DNA of 64,000 nucleotides from an uncultured Candidatus Saccharibacteria bacterium (GCA_964353135.1 CAYGTV010000001.1:151138-215137), one strand, 5' to 3'; positions 54,049-63,778 are shown, counted from the stretch's first letter. Made by a program: numbers and translations. The notes: generated from the letters alone by a model not told the origin.

Positions 54049-55131
54049 ATGGAATATCTACTGATTGCTCTGATTGCGCTACTGTTACTCGTAAACGTCT
54101 TTGTTGTCTATAAATTACTGCAGAAAAAGGAAGAGCCAGTCAAGGTGGATGACGGTAAGGAGCTACTACTCATGCAACGGATCGAGGAGTTGTCGCGTAC
54201 GGTTGATAGTCGTTTGTCCGAAACCAACAAAAACATGCAAGAGGGCAGTCGGGCCCAATTCCGTGAGTCACGGGAAATGATGGAAAACATCAACAAAGAA
54301 ATGAACGAGCAACTGCGCAATGTGGTCGCAAAAACCACTGAGGTAGGGGAGAGTAGTAAACAAGTATTTCAGGTGGCGGACCAACTGCGTGAATTGCAGG
54401 ATATACTCAAAAACCCAAAACAACGTGGAGTGCTGGGTGAATACTACCTGGAGACAGTTCTGCAAAACGTCCTCCCACCAGAGAGTTTCAAAATGCAGTA
54501 TGCGTTTAGCGATGGTGAGATCGTCGACGCGGCCGTGTTTGTAAAAAACAAAGTGATCCCGGTGGATAGTAAGTTCTCACTCGAGAACTACAACCGCTTT
54601 GCAACAGCGGCGGATGGCGAGGATAAGGTGAAATATGAAAAAGCGTTTGTAAATGACTTGAAACTACGAATTACTGAAACGGCCAAATACATCCGCCCGA
54701 GCGAAAAGACGACCGATTTTGCCTTTATGTTTATCCCGCACGAGGGGATCTACTATGACTTGCTGTCGAATAAAGTGGGGGCTGGTGAAGACAATCTGAT
54801 CCAACGGGCGGCTGGAAAGTACAAAGTGATCATTGTGTCACCCACCTCGTTCCTGGCGTACCTCCAGACGGTCCTGCAGGGCCTGAAGGCCATGGAGATC
54901 GAAGAAAAGGCTCAGGATATCATCAAGAACGTAGAAAAGCTCTCAGGGCATATCGCCAAGTACGAGGACTACTATCAGAAACTAGGTAACACGCTGGCCA
55001 CGACAGTGAACCATTACAACGCCGGCTACAAGGAACTAAACAAGATCGACAAGGATGTGACCAAGATCACAGGTGTTGTGGGTGGGGTAGATGTGCTGAC
55101 GATAGAGAAGCCACATAAAGAAGACGAGTAG
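54049..55131 (+). CDS. rmuC: DNA recombination protein RmuC
   Basis: N-terminal TM helix, a long coiled coil and a C-terminal RmuC nuclease-like domain (FAFMFIPHEGIYYDLL). Confidence 0.85.
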   Translation: MEYLLIALIALLLLVNVFVVYKLLQKKEEPVKVDDGKELLLMQRIEELSRTVDSRLSETNKNMQEGSRAQFRESREMMENINKEMNEQLRNVVAKTTEVGESSKQVFQVADQLRELQDILKNPKQRGVLGEYYLETVLQNVLPPESFKMQYAFSDGEIVDAAVFVKNKVIPVDSKFSLENYNRFATAADGEDKVKYEKAFVNDLKLRITETAKYIRPSEKTTDFAFMFIPHEGIYYDLLSNKVGAGEDNLIQRAAGKYKVIIVSPTSFLAYLQTVLQGLKAMEIEEKAQDIIKNVEKLSGHIAKYEDYYQKLGNTLATTVNHYNAGYKELNKIDKDVTKITGVVGGVDVLTIEKPHKEDE

Positions 55132-55134
55132 CAT

Positions 55135-55166
55135 AAAGGCCGCCTCCAGATGGGGCGGCCTTTGTT
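55135..55166. terminator. bidirectional terminator GGCCGCC-N8-GGCGGCC
   Basis: After the rmuC stop. Confidence 0.5.
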
Positions 55167-55182
55167 GGGGGGGGTCGGTCGG

Positions 55183-55287
55183 CTATTTCGAGCTTTTCTT
55201 CTCTTTGCGCAATTCGCGCTTGCGCTTCTTCGCTTCTGCGCGCTTATTGCGACGACGGCCAACTCCGGTTTTTTTCTTGCTCGGCAT
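55183..55287 (-). CDS. possible 34-aa highly basic peptide MPSKKKTGVGRRRNKRAEAKKRKRELRKEKKSSK
   Basis: My own translation. SD AAGGGAG lies 6 nt upstream. The ORF is below the 60-aa cutoff of the track. Confidence 0.25.
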   Translation of the reverse strand: MPSKKKTGVGRRRNKRAEAKKRKRELRKEKKSSK

Positions 55288-55353
55288 CAGGAACTCCCTT
55301 TTCTTGAGGTAGAGAGAAAAATAACACGATAGACTTACTTTGCAAAGAATCTA

Positions 55354-55381
55354 TTGCAAAATACAAGCATTTCTGTATAAT
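55354..55381 (+). promoter_or_regulatory. sigma70-like promoter TTGCAA-16-TATAAT whose -10 box ends 9 nt before the rplU ATG (leaderless transcript)
   Basis: Read directly from the sequence. Confidence 0.5.
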
Positions 55382-55390
55382 TCGCGCACT

Positions 55391-55720
55391 ATGAACACAA
55401 CTACTGAAACAAACACAGCTCCGTTTGCAGTTATCGCTACTGGCGGGAAGCAATACCTCGTACGAGAAGGTGACACCATCCTCGTAGAGCTTTTGGGTGA
55501 GCATCTAGAAGGCGATAAAATTGAATTTGACGCGCTTATGACTGACGATGGAAAATCAAGTAAAATTGGTACACCAATCGCAGGAAAAGTAGCTGCAACC
55601 TACCTAGGAGAAAAGAAAGGTAAAAAGCTAACTATCATCCGATACAAGGCGAAAAGTAACCGAGACCGGCGTCTAGGTCACCGACAACACTACGCCCAAG
55701 TAAAGATCGACAAGATCTAA
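55391..55720 (+). CDS. rplU: 50S ribosomal protein L21
   Basis: FAVIATGGKQYLVREGDTILVE is the L21 signature. The real start is ATG 55391, not 55340. Confidence 0.85.
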   Translation: MNTTTETNTAPFAVIATGGKQYLVREGDTILVELLGEHLEGDKIEFDALMTDDGKSSKIGTPIAGKVAATYLGEKKGKKLTIIRYKAKSNRDRRLGHRQHYAQVKIDKI

Positions 55721-55731
55721 CTAAAAGAATT

Positions 55732-55763
55732 CCGGCGCCATCGATAGATGGCGCCGGTTTTTG
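55732..55763 (+). terminator. intrinsic terminator CCGGCGCCATC-GATA-GATGGCGCCGG followed by a T-tract
   Basis: Perfect 11-bp stem after rplU. Confidence 0.75.
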
Positions 55764-55768
55764 GTTTA

Positions 55769-56068
55769 TCATTTTACATGAACCATGTAGTAGCAAATCA
55801 GAACCTCCAGCAAAGTGTCATACAGCGGGTGTGCCGGAAGGATCTGTTCCTTCATGTTGATCTTTGCGGTGACAGCATCCATTTGAAACTCTGGTTCCTT
55901 GAAATAGAAATCTACAGCATTACTTCTGTTGATCCCGAGCAAGCGCTGTAAACATAAGTGGCATGATTTGACATGTGATACCCACTCGCCTGCATCTGCA
56001 AAAGCTTGTTTCGTGGTTTTCTCAGGAAGTATAAAAATGTGCGCGGGTTGCCCCATTGTACTCTCCAA
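55769..56068 (-). CDS. hypothetical protein (about 95 aa) with a CHLC motif
   Basis: ORF only. Confidence 0.35.
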   Translation of the reverse strand: MESTMGQPAHIFILPEKTTKQAFADAGEWVSHVKSCHLCLQRLLGINRSNAVDFYFKEPEFQMDAVTAKINMKEQILPAHPLYDTLLEVLICYYMVHVK

Positions 56069-56120
56069 TCTTTTATTTTAGATTATATAAAAAGTACAAC
56101 TTCTAGTGTAAAAGTCAATA

Positions 56121-56732
56121 CTAAGCTCGGTTTTGCAAGGCGTTTTTGATTGTCTCGCTATCGGCGTATTCTAGTTCACTTCCGGTTGATAGTCCGCGAC
56201 CGAGGTATGAGATTTTAAGTCCTGCCTCGATCGCGTCTTTCAGGAATGATTCTACAAACCGTCCGGTATTTTCGCCGTCAGGGTTAACTGAAAAACCAAG
56301 AATTACCTCGCTTAGGCCCTCAGCTTGTCTCGCTATTACAGTAGCTTTGAGTGATCCACTGCGTAGTTTACTGTTTTCTGGAGCAGAGAGTAGGGGGACA
56401 GTACCACCCAATACGAAATATAGGCCGTCATACATACCAGCACGCTCAATGGCCTGAACATCACTGTCTCGCTCAACGACCAGTAGTTTATTTCGATCAC
56501 GGTTTTCAGCTGTACAAATACTGCACAGTTCCTCGGTTTGTCGTTTGGCAAAGTAGCGATGGCAACTCGTGCACTCGATCACGGTAGTGTGGGCGTTTTC
56601 GATCAGGTTAGCTAGCTTGCGTGAGTCCTCGACCTCCAGACGCAAAACATGAAAGGCAAATCGTTTAGCCTGGCGCCCACCGACACCAGGAAATTTTTCA
56701 AATGCTGTAATTAATTGATCAAGTGGGTTCAT
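56121..56732 (-). CDS. recR: recombination protein RecR
   Basis: HhH at the N-terminus, a C4 zinc finger (CTSCHRYF...CSIC) and a Toprim domain. Confidence 0.9.
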   Translation of the reverse strand: MNPLDQLITAFEKFPGVGGRQAKRFAFHVLRLEVEDSRKLANLIENAHTTVIECTSCHRYFAKRQTEELCSICTAENRDRNKLLVVERDSDVQAIERAGMYDGLYFVLGGTVPLLSAPENSKLRSGSLKATVIARQAEGLSEVILGFSVNPDGENTGRFVESFLKDAIEAGLKISYLGRGLSTGSELEYADSETIKNALQNRA

Positions 56733-56797
56733 GATGGAACGAATTATACAGGAAAATAAACAGGCCGCCCAAGTAATTAGTTTGAGCGGCCTGATAG

Positions 56798-57379
56798 TTA
56801 CTTGATGGTATGTGCAAATCCTTTTTCAACTGCTTCAGTTGCAGTCAAAAAAGTGTGTGCCTGTACCATCTGGTCCACAACTTCAATCGTTAGGCCGCTT
56901 TGCAGGCTGATGATTTCGTTGTAGATCCTGTCTTGATGGCTATCCATTACGCGCGCTTCTTCCATCTCCCGGTCTGTCATCTTTTCTTGCAGATAAAGTG
57001 CTCCTGGATGGATCAGAATCAGGCTGTTTCGCATGGCAGTTCGGTGCTCGCCGGCGAGAAAAATCGGCACAGCGGCCGAGTAGACCTTGCCAGCTGCGAC
57101 AGTATTCCATCCTTTGTTTGTGATCCAATCGTGCATCGCAGCACCGACATCTGGATCACCCCCACTAGATGTGACTATCAGTGTGACTGGTTGTCCAGTC
57201 TCACATCCTGCAAGCCATTCTTGTTCCAATGCTTTGAACGAATTCTCGTCGACCGAAGCGGAAAAGAGTAGTTCGCAAGTGTCTGTGCCACCTGGCTCAG
57301 CATCTTCGGCAAAAGTCATCGTGGTGAGGATGCACAACACCGCCAGTGCTCCGGTTGAGCGTTTCAGGATCATGTTCAT
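56798..57379 (-). CDS. secreted ClpP/S14-like serine peptidase-fold protein
   Basis: Signal peptide. TSSGGDPDVG aligns with ClpP INSPGGSV and LILIHPG with ClpP IMIHQP. The catalytic residues cannot be confirmed by eye. Confidence 0.45.
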   Translation of the reverse strand: MNMILKRSTGALAVLCILTTMTFAEDAEPGGTDTCELLFSASVDENSFKALEQEWLAGCETGQPVTLIVTSSGGDPDVGAAMHDWITNKGWNTVAAGKVYSAAVPIFLAGEHRTAMRNSLILIHPGALYLQEKMTDREMEEARVMDSHQDRIYNEIISLQSGLTIEVVDQMVQAHTFLTATEAVEKGFAHTIK

Positions 57380-57493
57380 ATAGGTACTCCTTTAAAATAA
57401 CCTGGCGATATAATACATCATTTTTATAAAAAGTCAATCATCATAGTTTAATACAAATAGTCGCGCATCTGCTGATGCGCGACCGATTTATCT

Positions 57494-57823
57494 TTATTGT
57501 AGTAATTCTGTTTTGAGCTCTTGGCTTCTCGTTCGAAGTAATTTCACCACTTGCCTGGCGTAGCGACGTAGTTGCTTGTGGCCTGGAATGTACGCGTCAC
57601 TGCCACCACCCAACCACTTAGGGCAGGCATGTCCGTGAGAGAATCCGTACTTAACCAAAAGTTTACGGTGAATTTCCGGTTGAGTTGTTTTAAGTGCAGT
57701 AAAGAGAATTTGAATCTCTATTTCACTTAAGCTATTTGGGTCGAACTGCTTAAACCTTTTAATGAAGGGTTTACATGATGCGATTGTAACCTCGATTTGA
57801 ATCGCCTTGGCTGATAGTTTCAT
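57494..57823 (-). CDS. hypothetical protein (109 aa)
   Basis: ORF followed on the minus strand by the hairpin GTCGCGCATC-TGCT-GATGCGCGAC (57460..57483). Confidence 0.4.
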   Translation of the reverse strand: MKLSAKAIQIEVTIASCKPFIKRFKQFDPNSLSEIEIQILFTALKTTQPEIHRKLLVKYGFSHGHACPKWLGGGSDAYIPGHKQLRRYARQVVKLLRTRSQELKTELLQ

Positions 57824-57885
57824 TTTTACCCCTTGTTTTGATGAGCATTTAACTAAAAATAATGGGTAATCAGACAGATGTCAAA

Positions 57886-59268
57886 TCAGAAGTCATCACC
57901 AGTTCCCGGTGCTGCGGCGTGGTGGGTATCGAGGTTGAGGAATCGCACGTGTTCGCCATCGAAGTATAGCTCGGCATGACCAACTGCACCGTTACGGTGT
58001 TTTTCGACCATGATTTCGGCGATGTTTGGTCGCTCGGCTTCTTTGTCGCGATTCATTTTATCCTCCCGGTGGATAAACATCACCACGTCGGCATCCTGCT
58101 CGATTGAACCTGAGTCACGCAGGTCGGACAGTCGTGGCTTGCCACCACGCTGCTCAACGGCTCGTGATAGCTGTGATAGGGCAATCACCGGAATATCTAG
58201 CTCTTTGGCGAGGATTTTGAGTGACCGCGAGATTTCCGTGATTTGTTGCACCATATTGTCGGAACCTTTGCTGAGGGTAGGGGACATGAGCTGTAGGTAG
58301 TCCACAATCAGCATATCGAGTCCGTACTCGTTTTTCAGTCGGCGGGCGGCTGACTTCATTTTTACGATATTCATATCAGCCTCGTCGATGATGTGAATTG
58401 GAGCTTTGCTTAGTTTTTCCATCGCTGCTTGCAGGCGCTCGTATTCTTCGTCGTTACTAAGTCGGCCGGTACGTAGTTTCCAACTATCAACGCCAGACTC
58501 AGCCGCAAGCATACGATCGACCAACTGTTGGTCACTCATTTCGAGTGAGAAAAACCCAACTGATGCACCGCCGATCATAGCGGCGTTGCGAGCGAGGTCG
58601 AGGGCAAAGGTGGTTTTTCCCATCGATGGTCGGGCGGCCAGGATAATGAGGTCGGATTTTTGAAACCCAGCCAAGACATTATCAAGTGCATGAAAGCCAG
58701 AGGGAACACCGCGTTTGTCCTGGGGATTTTCGGTTAAGTGTTCGAATCGCTCCCAAGCTTCCGACAGGGCGGTCCCAATCGGGCGGAATTTCTGTGAAGA
58801 GGGAGCCTGGGTGGCTTGAAAAATTTTCTTTTCCGCTTGGTCGAGAGCCTCGTCGACCGACTCAGGGTCACTGTAGCCAATCTCGGCGATATCGTCAGCT
58901 GCGTGAATTAACCCCCGCAGTGATGATTTGGCCTGGATTTGGTCAGCGTAATACGCGGCGTTACCAGCAGCTGGGACGCTTTCAATTAGTTCCGACACGT
59001 ACGAAGCTCCTCCGACGCGCTCCAGTTCGCCCATGTCTTTGAGTTTGGTGGTGACAGAAACGATATCGATCGGGTCACCTTTGGAAAAGATCTGCGAAAT
59101 GGCTGAGAAGATTGCTCGGTGTTTGTCGGCGTAGAACGACTCAGGATAAATAATTACCGAAATATCGTGCATCACGTCAGGTTTGAGGATGATCGCACCG
59201 ATCAACGCTCGTTCCGCATCAACGTTTTGGGGCGGAGTGCGCAGGGATTTATGAGTGTTGGTCGCCAT
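57886..59268 (-). CDS. dnaB: replicative DNA helicase DnaB (no intein)
   Basis: N-terminal primase-binding domain and a RecA-like domain with Walker A GARPSMGKTT, and Walker B. Confidence 0.9.
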   Translation of the reverse strand: MATNTHKSLRTPPQNVDAERALIGAIILKPDVMHDISVIIYPESFYADKHRAIFSAISQIFSKGDPIDIVSVTTKLKDMGELERVGGASYVSELIESVPAAGNAAYYADQIQAKSSLRGLIHAADDIAEIGYSDPESVDEALDQAEKKIFQATQAPSSQKFRPIGTALSEAWERFEHLTENPQDKRGVPSGFHALDNVLAGFQKSDLIILAARPSMGKTTFALDLARNAAMIGGASVGFFSLEMSDQQLVDRMLAAESGVDSWKLRTGRLSNDEEYERLQAAMEKLSKAPIHIIDEADMNIVKMKSAARRLKNEYGLDMLIVDYLQLMSPTLSKGSDNMVQQITEISRSLKILAKELDIPVIALSQLSRAVEQRGGKPRLSDLRDSGSIEQDADVVMFIHREDKMNRDKEAERPNIAEIMVEKHRNGAVGHAELYFDGEHVRFLNLDTHHAAAPGTGDDF

Positions 59269-59370
59269 GTAGGTAGCATTTTAGCACTTCCAGAGTTTTC
59301 CTGCAGGTTTGTGAAAAGTGGAGAGCCTGTGTATAGTGAAAACTGGATTTTTCTAGCCAAGGAGTGTCAG

Positions 59371-59694
59371 ATGCGTAAGAAATACCGTCCGGCCCAAAGC
59401 TGGAAAGACAAGGAGCAGTTTCACCTTCGGTGGCGATTGTATTGTTACTTAGGTGCAGAGAGTGGGCCAATCTGGCCGAAACGTCTTTTGGTTGCGGTAG
59501 CTTGTTTCAGAATATCACTTGTCATAATTGCGGCGATGTATCTGAATCTTTATGGCCTTCCAAAAATAGATAGCTGGAACGACACCGCAATCTTTTTTTC
59601 TCCTATTTTGATCAGTTCGTACGCTACTGTTTGGCTGCTGCATCGATGGGCGAGTCAACCGTTCGTTAAGGTTAGGAAAAAGCGCAGGATCTAA
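59371..59694 (+). CDS. small membrane protein (107 aa)
   Basis: ATG at 59371 with SD AAGGAG upstream. Two hydrophobic helices. Confidence 0.35.
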   Translation: MRKKYRPAQSWKDKEQFHLRWRLYCYLGAESGPIWPKRLLVAVACFRISLVIIAAMYLNLYGLPKIDSWNDTAIFFSPILISSYATVWLLHRWASQPFVKVRKKRRI

Positions 59695-59709
59695 TCCTGC
59701 GCTTTTTTG
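59676..59709. terminator. bidirectional terminator A5-AGCGCAGGAT-CTA-ATCCTGCGCT-T6
   Basis: Perfect 10-bp stem shared by the convergent cysS. Confidence 0.8.
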
Positions 59710-59713
59710 CTGC

Positions 59714-61162
59714 CTAGTTCTTTGTTACTCGCGGGCCGTGTTCAGAGTCTTCGATGCTGTAGCCTTTGGTTGTCAGCTGCTCTCTGATTCTGTCTGCCTC
59801 AGCGTAGTCTCGACCGATGCGGGCGATTTCGCGAGCATTGATGAGGTCTTGTATTTCTTCTGGTATATCGTCAATTGCGACTACACCTAGTGATTTGGCG
59901 CCCTGTGTCGGGTCGTCTGATAGTCCAATGTCGAGCACCTCGTCCATCGCTAGTAGGGTGCCGGCCTTGGTGGTGTTTTTGAGGTTTTTATCTTTGACCA
60001 TATCCCACATGATGGCGATTGCGCCAGGAGTATCGAGGTCGTCAGCCAAACGTTCATCAAATTTCTCGAGGTACGCTTTGTCGGGTAGTGATGGTTTTTG
60101 TTTATATTCCTCAAACATGTGTCGCTTGAGCCGGAAGAGGGCTTGTTTTGATCCAGCGAGTGCATCCCATGTGAAATTAGCAGGAGATCGATAATGGGCA
60201 GTTAATAACCAATAGCGATAATCATCACCAGAAAAGCCTCTGTCAGTTAGATGTCTTACTGTAATAGCGTTACCAACTGATTTTCCAATTCGACTATTTT
60301 CAATTGTGATGAATTCATTATGCAGCCAGTATTTTGAAAATTGTTTTCCTGTCACAGCTTCACACTGCGCGATTTCAGCATTGTGATGAACAGCGATATG
60401 GTCGATACCACCTGTATGAATATCGATTTGCTTGCCGAGAGTAGCCATGGCCATCGCTGAACATTCCATGTGCCAACCAGGGAAGCCAGTTCCAAAGCGA
60501 CTTGGCCATCCCAGTTCACCTTTTTTCCAAACTGCAAAGTCAGCCGGGTGTTTTTTTTCACTGTTTACTTCAACTCGTGCGCCGCTTTTAAGTTCCTCTA
60601 GATTGATGTTCCCAAGCCGGCCGTAGGTAGGGAATTTGCTGATATCAAAATATACACCGTCGCTAGTCTCGTACGTGTATCCCTTGTCATCGAGGGATTT
60701 GATCAAGTTGATTTGTTGTTTGACGTACTCACTAGCGCGCGCGTAGGTGGTTGGTGGCATGACACGCAGTTCGTGTAGGTCAGCCTCAAATGCATCGATA
60801 TATGTATCAGTTAGCTTTCTCATTGATTTGAGATTGATGTCGAGACCATCTCGTTTGAGTCCTTTCATGATTTTGTCTTCACCCTCATCACCATCGTCTG
60901 TCAGGTGTCCAAAGTCAGTAAGGTTGATAGTGTGTTTGACCAGGTAACCATTACGGATCAGGGCGCGCTTGAGAATATCGGCAAAAATATACGAACGCAT
61001 ATTTCCAATCGTTGCGTAGTCGTACACAGTTGGGCCACAGGTATACATTTTTACATTGGTCGCGTCATACGGCTCAAATACCTCGAGTTGTTTCGATTCG
61101 GTGTTGTACAGGTTAATCTCACGGGTAATGACCGGTTGTTTATGGAATAGGTTGCCAAACAT
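59714..61162 (-). CDS. cysS: cysteinyl-tRNA synthetase with TIGN in place of HIGH and RIGKS in place of KMSKS
   Basis: The N-terminus YTCGPTVYDYATIGN aligns to E. coli CGITVYDLCHIGH. The zinc ligands are present (C, HMECSAM, HTGGIDHIAVHHNAEIAQ). ENSRIGKSVGN aligns to EKMSKSLGN. Confidence 0.8.
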   Translation of the reverse strand: MFGNLFHKQPVITREINLYNTESKQLEVFEPYDATNVKMYTCGPTVYDYATIGNMRSYIFADILKRALIRNGYLVKHTINLTDFGHLTDDGDEGEDKIMKGLKRDGLDINLKSMRKLTDTYIDAFEADLHELRVMPPTTYARASEYVKQQINLIKSLDDKGYTYETSDGVYFDISKFPTYGRLGNINLEELKSGARVEVNSEKKHPADFAVWKKGELGWPSRFGTGFPGWHMECSAMAMATLGKQIDIHTGGIDHIAVHHNAEIAQCEAVTGKQFSKYWLHNEFITIENSRIGKSVGNAITVRHLTDRGFSGDDYRYWLLTAHYRSPANFTWDALAGSKQALFRLKRHMFEEYKQKPSLPDKAYLEKFDERLADDLDTPGAIAIMWDMVKDKNLKNTTKAGTLLAMDEVLDIGLSDDPTQGAKSLGVVAIDDIPEEIQDLINAREIARIGRDYAEADRIREQLTTKGYSIEDSEHGPRVTKN

Positions 61163-61223
61163 AAGTGCGGTAAGTGTAACAAATTTTTAGTTATTTGGCG
61201 CAGCGCGACTGGCATGCCATAAT

Positions 61224-62510
61224 ATGCCAATGCAACGATACACAGGGGTACTAATGGCCGTACTACTAGCGACGGCCGCGTTTGGATCAGGGATACAGTT
61301 TGGTCAGGGCGCAAATGGATCAGGACAAATGGCTTCATTGTTTAGCTTGTTTGCCTCTGAACCATCCCCATCACCAGCTCATGACGACCTGGGTGAGTTT
61401 TGGGAAGTGTGGAAGTTACTCGATGAGAAATTTGCTGTAGGTACTTCATCACAACAACTAACCCGAGAACAAAAAATTCAAGGTGCAATTGACGGTTTGG
61501 TTGATGCCTACGGTGATCCTTATACAGTGTATCTACCTCCGGCTGATGCACAGTCATTTGCGGCGGACATTTCTGGTGAATTTAGTGGTGTAGGAATGGA
61601 AGTAGGAATGCGGGAAGGTGTCATTACCATTATCGCTCCGCTACCGGGAACGCCGGCAGAACAAGCTGGTTTGCAGGCCGGCGATATGATCACCCGGATT
61701 GATGATAATTCAACTGAAGCGATGCGCATTGATCAAGCGGTAGATCTCATCCGGGGACCAAAGGGAACAGTTGTTACTCTGACGGTGTTTCGGGAGGGTG
61801 AGATGGAATTTTTGGAAATCCCAGTCACGCGAGACACTATAGAAATTCCAACCGTTACAACTGAGCAAGTCGGGGACGTTTTTGTGGTCGCACTGTACAG
61901 CTTTAACGCAGTTGCCCAATCAAAAATGATCGAGGGGCTCAATGAATATCTACAAAGCGATGCGACAAAACTAGTGATTGATGTTCGAGGTAATCCGGGA
62001 GGGTTCCTTGAGAGTGCCGTATCAATTGGTAGTTTTTTTGTCCCGTCAGGCAAAGTTATTGTGCAAGAATCATTTGTGGATGAAACCAAGAACGATACGT
62101 TCCGTAGTCGCGGGCGTCAGGTAGGTGTATTTACACCGGAAAATCTGGTCGTGCTCGTCGACGGTGGTTCAGCTTCTGCCTCAGAAATTCTAGCTGGGGC
62201 ACTCAAAGACCATGGACTGGCTACTGTTATCGGAACTCAGACATTTGGAAAGGGTTCTGTACAGGAATTAGTTGAACTGAGTGATGGTTCTTCACTCAAG
62301 GTCACAATTGCACGGTGGTTAACACCAAACGGAACATCAATCTCTGATGGTGGACTAACTCCAGATATAGTAATCAATCGAACTGGACAGCAGCGACTCG
62401 ATGAGATCGATCCGCAAAAAGACGCAGCCATAGCATTTCTCAATGGCGAGACGGTTGTTAGTGAATCACTGGAAGAAGGTTTACTTGAGGTCGACCAGGC
62501 TGGTGAATAG
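61224..62510 (+). CDS. ctpA: carboxyl-terminal processing (tail-specific) protease, S41 family
   Basis: TM anchor, PDZ domain, and a catalytic region GGSASASEILAGALKDHGLATVIGTQTFGKGSVQ with the Ser/Lys dyad. Confidence 0.85.
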   Translation: MPMQRYTGVLMAVLLATAAFGSGIQFGQGANGSGQMASLFSLFASEPSPSPAHDDLGEFWEVWKLLDEKFAVGTSSQQLTREQKIQGAIDGLVDAYGDPYTVYLPPADAQSFAADISGEFSGVGMEVGMREGVITIIAPLPGTPAEQAGLQAGDMITRIDDNSTEAMRIDQAVDLIRGPKGTVVTLTVFREGEMEFLEIPVTRDTIEIPTVTTEQVGDVFVVALYSFNAVAQSKMIEGLNEYLQSDATKLVIDVRGNPGGFLESAVSIGSFFVPSGKVIVQESFVDETKNDTFRSRGRQVGVFTPENLVVLVDGGSASASEILAGALKDHGLATVIGTQTFGKGSVQELVELSDGSSLKVTIARWLTPNGTSISDGGLTPDIVINRTGQQRLDEIDPQKDAAIAFLNGETVVSESLEEGLLEVDQAGE

Positions 62511-62573
62511 GACACCAGTTTGCTATACTGCACAACGTATTTTACAGATAAAGCTGAAACTAATTAAAACGAT

Positions 62574-63014
62574 ATGAAAGTAATCCTCTTGCAAGATGTG
62601 GCTAAAATTGGCCTTCGAAACGAAATTGTCGATGTTCCAAACGGCTACGCTTCAAACAAACTAATTCCAAAAAAACTGGCTGAACCAGCGACGCCTGCCA
62701 ATTTGAAGAAAGTAGGAAAAGTACAAGCTGCAAAAGCTGGAGCAGCTGCCAGTGTAGAGGCTGTATTTAACGCCGCCAAAGAAGCTTTGTCAGCAGAGCC
62801 GCTGACCATCGCTGCCGAGATGAACGAACAAGAACATTTGTTCAAGGCCGTTGATGCAGCAGATGTTGTCAAAGCCGCAGAAGCAAAAGGGATCGCTGTA
62901 ACTTCACAAATGATCGGCTTTCCAGAGGTGGTTAAATCAGCCGGTGAACACACCGTGGCCCTACAGGCTGGTGCCCACAACGCCTCATTTACTATTAATG
63001 TAGTTAAAGCGTAG
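62574..63014 (+). CDS. rplI: 50S ribosomal protein L9
   Basis: MKVILLQDVAKIGLRNEIVDVPNGYASN is the L9 N-domain. Confidence 0.85.
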   Translation: MKVILLQDVAKIGLRNEIVDVPNGYASNKLIPKKLAEPATPANLKKVGKVQAAKAGAAASVEAVFNAAKEALSAEPLTIAAEMNEQEHLFKAVDAADVVKAAEAKGIAVTSQMIGFPEVVKSAGEHTVALQAGAHNASFTINVVKA

Positions 63015-63017
63015 TTT

Positions 63018-63728
63018 ATGGATAGTCAGATGAAACAATCACTCATCTCAATCGTTGGGCTGCTTGTTATCTGCGGTTTACTGGTAGCTGGTATTTCATA
63101 CTGGCTAGGTGGACCTGAAAACGTAGCAGAAGTAAATATTACCAACGAAACACAGATCGATACACCGCTAGCACTTGATGCTATTGATCCTTATGAACCA
63201 GAAATAACTAATCGTATGAATCCAATCGCAGTACTTGAAACAAACAAAGGTAACATCGAAATCGAGCTATACGATGATGCTATGCCAATCACAGCCGGTA
63301 ACTTTATGAAGTTGATCAACGAAGGGTACTACGATGGAATCAAATTTCATCGAGTAATCGACGGATTTATGATCCAAGGAGGTGACCCAATCACTAAAAC
63401 TGATGAAGTAGCACGGTACGGAACTGGTGGGCCAGGGTACAGTATCCCAGACGAACACATCGCTGGGGATAAACTGACAAATGTGCGCGGAACTATCTCA
63501 ATGGCCAACAGTGGACCAAACAGTGGAGGAAGTCAGTTTTTCATCAATCTAGCTGACAACACTAACCTCGACTTTGACAAACAACCATTGCAGTCAAAAC
63601 ACCCAGTATTTGGACAGGTGATAGCTGGAATGGATGTGGTTGATGCGATCGCAACTGTCGAAACCGGACCAACTGACCTGCCGCTAGAAGATATAGTAAT
63701 TGAGCGAGCAACAATTAAAGAGTCTTAG
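63018..63728 (+). CDS. peptidyl-prolyl cis-trans isomerase, cyclophilin type, TM-anchored
   Basis: IELYDDAMPITAGNF and FHRVIDGFMIQGGDP motifs. Confidence 0.85.
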   Translation: MDSQMKQSLISIVGLLVICGLLVAGISYWLGGPENVAEVNITNETQIDTPLALDAIDPYEPEITNRMNPIAVLETNKGNIEIELYDDAMPITAGNFMKLINEGYYDGIKFHRVIDGFMIQGGDPITKTDEVARYGTGGPGYSIPDEHIAGDKLTNVRGTISMANSGPNSGGSQFFINLADNTNLDFDKQPLQSKHPVFGQVIAGMDVVDAIATVETGPTDLPLEDIVIERATIKES

Positions 63729-63740
63729 AAGATAATCAAA

Positions 63741-63778
63741 AAGAAAAGCCTGATCAGTTGATCAGGCTTTTCTTTTGT
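63741..63778. terminator. bidirectional terminator GAAAAGCCTGATCA-GT-TGATCAGGCTTTTC
   Basis: Long perfect palindrome with A and T runs, between convergent genes. Confidence 0.75.

Noticed and set aside
57886-59268. Possible intein in dnaB
   Set aside because: The protein is 460 aa with contiguous helicase motifs and no insertion.
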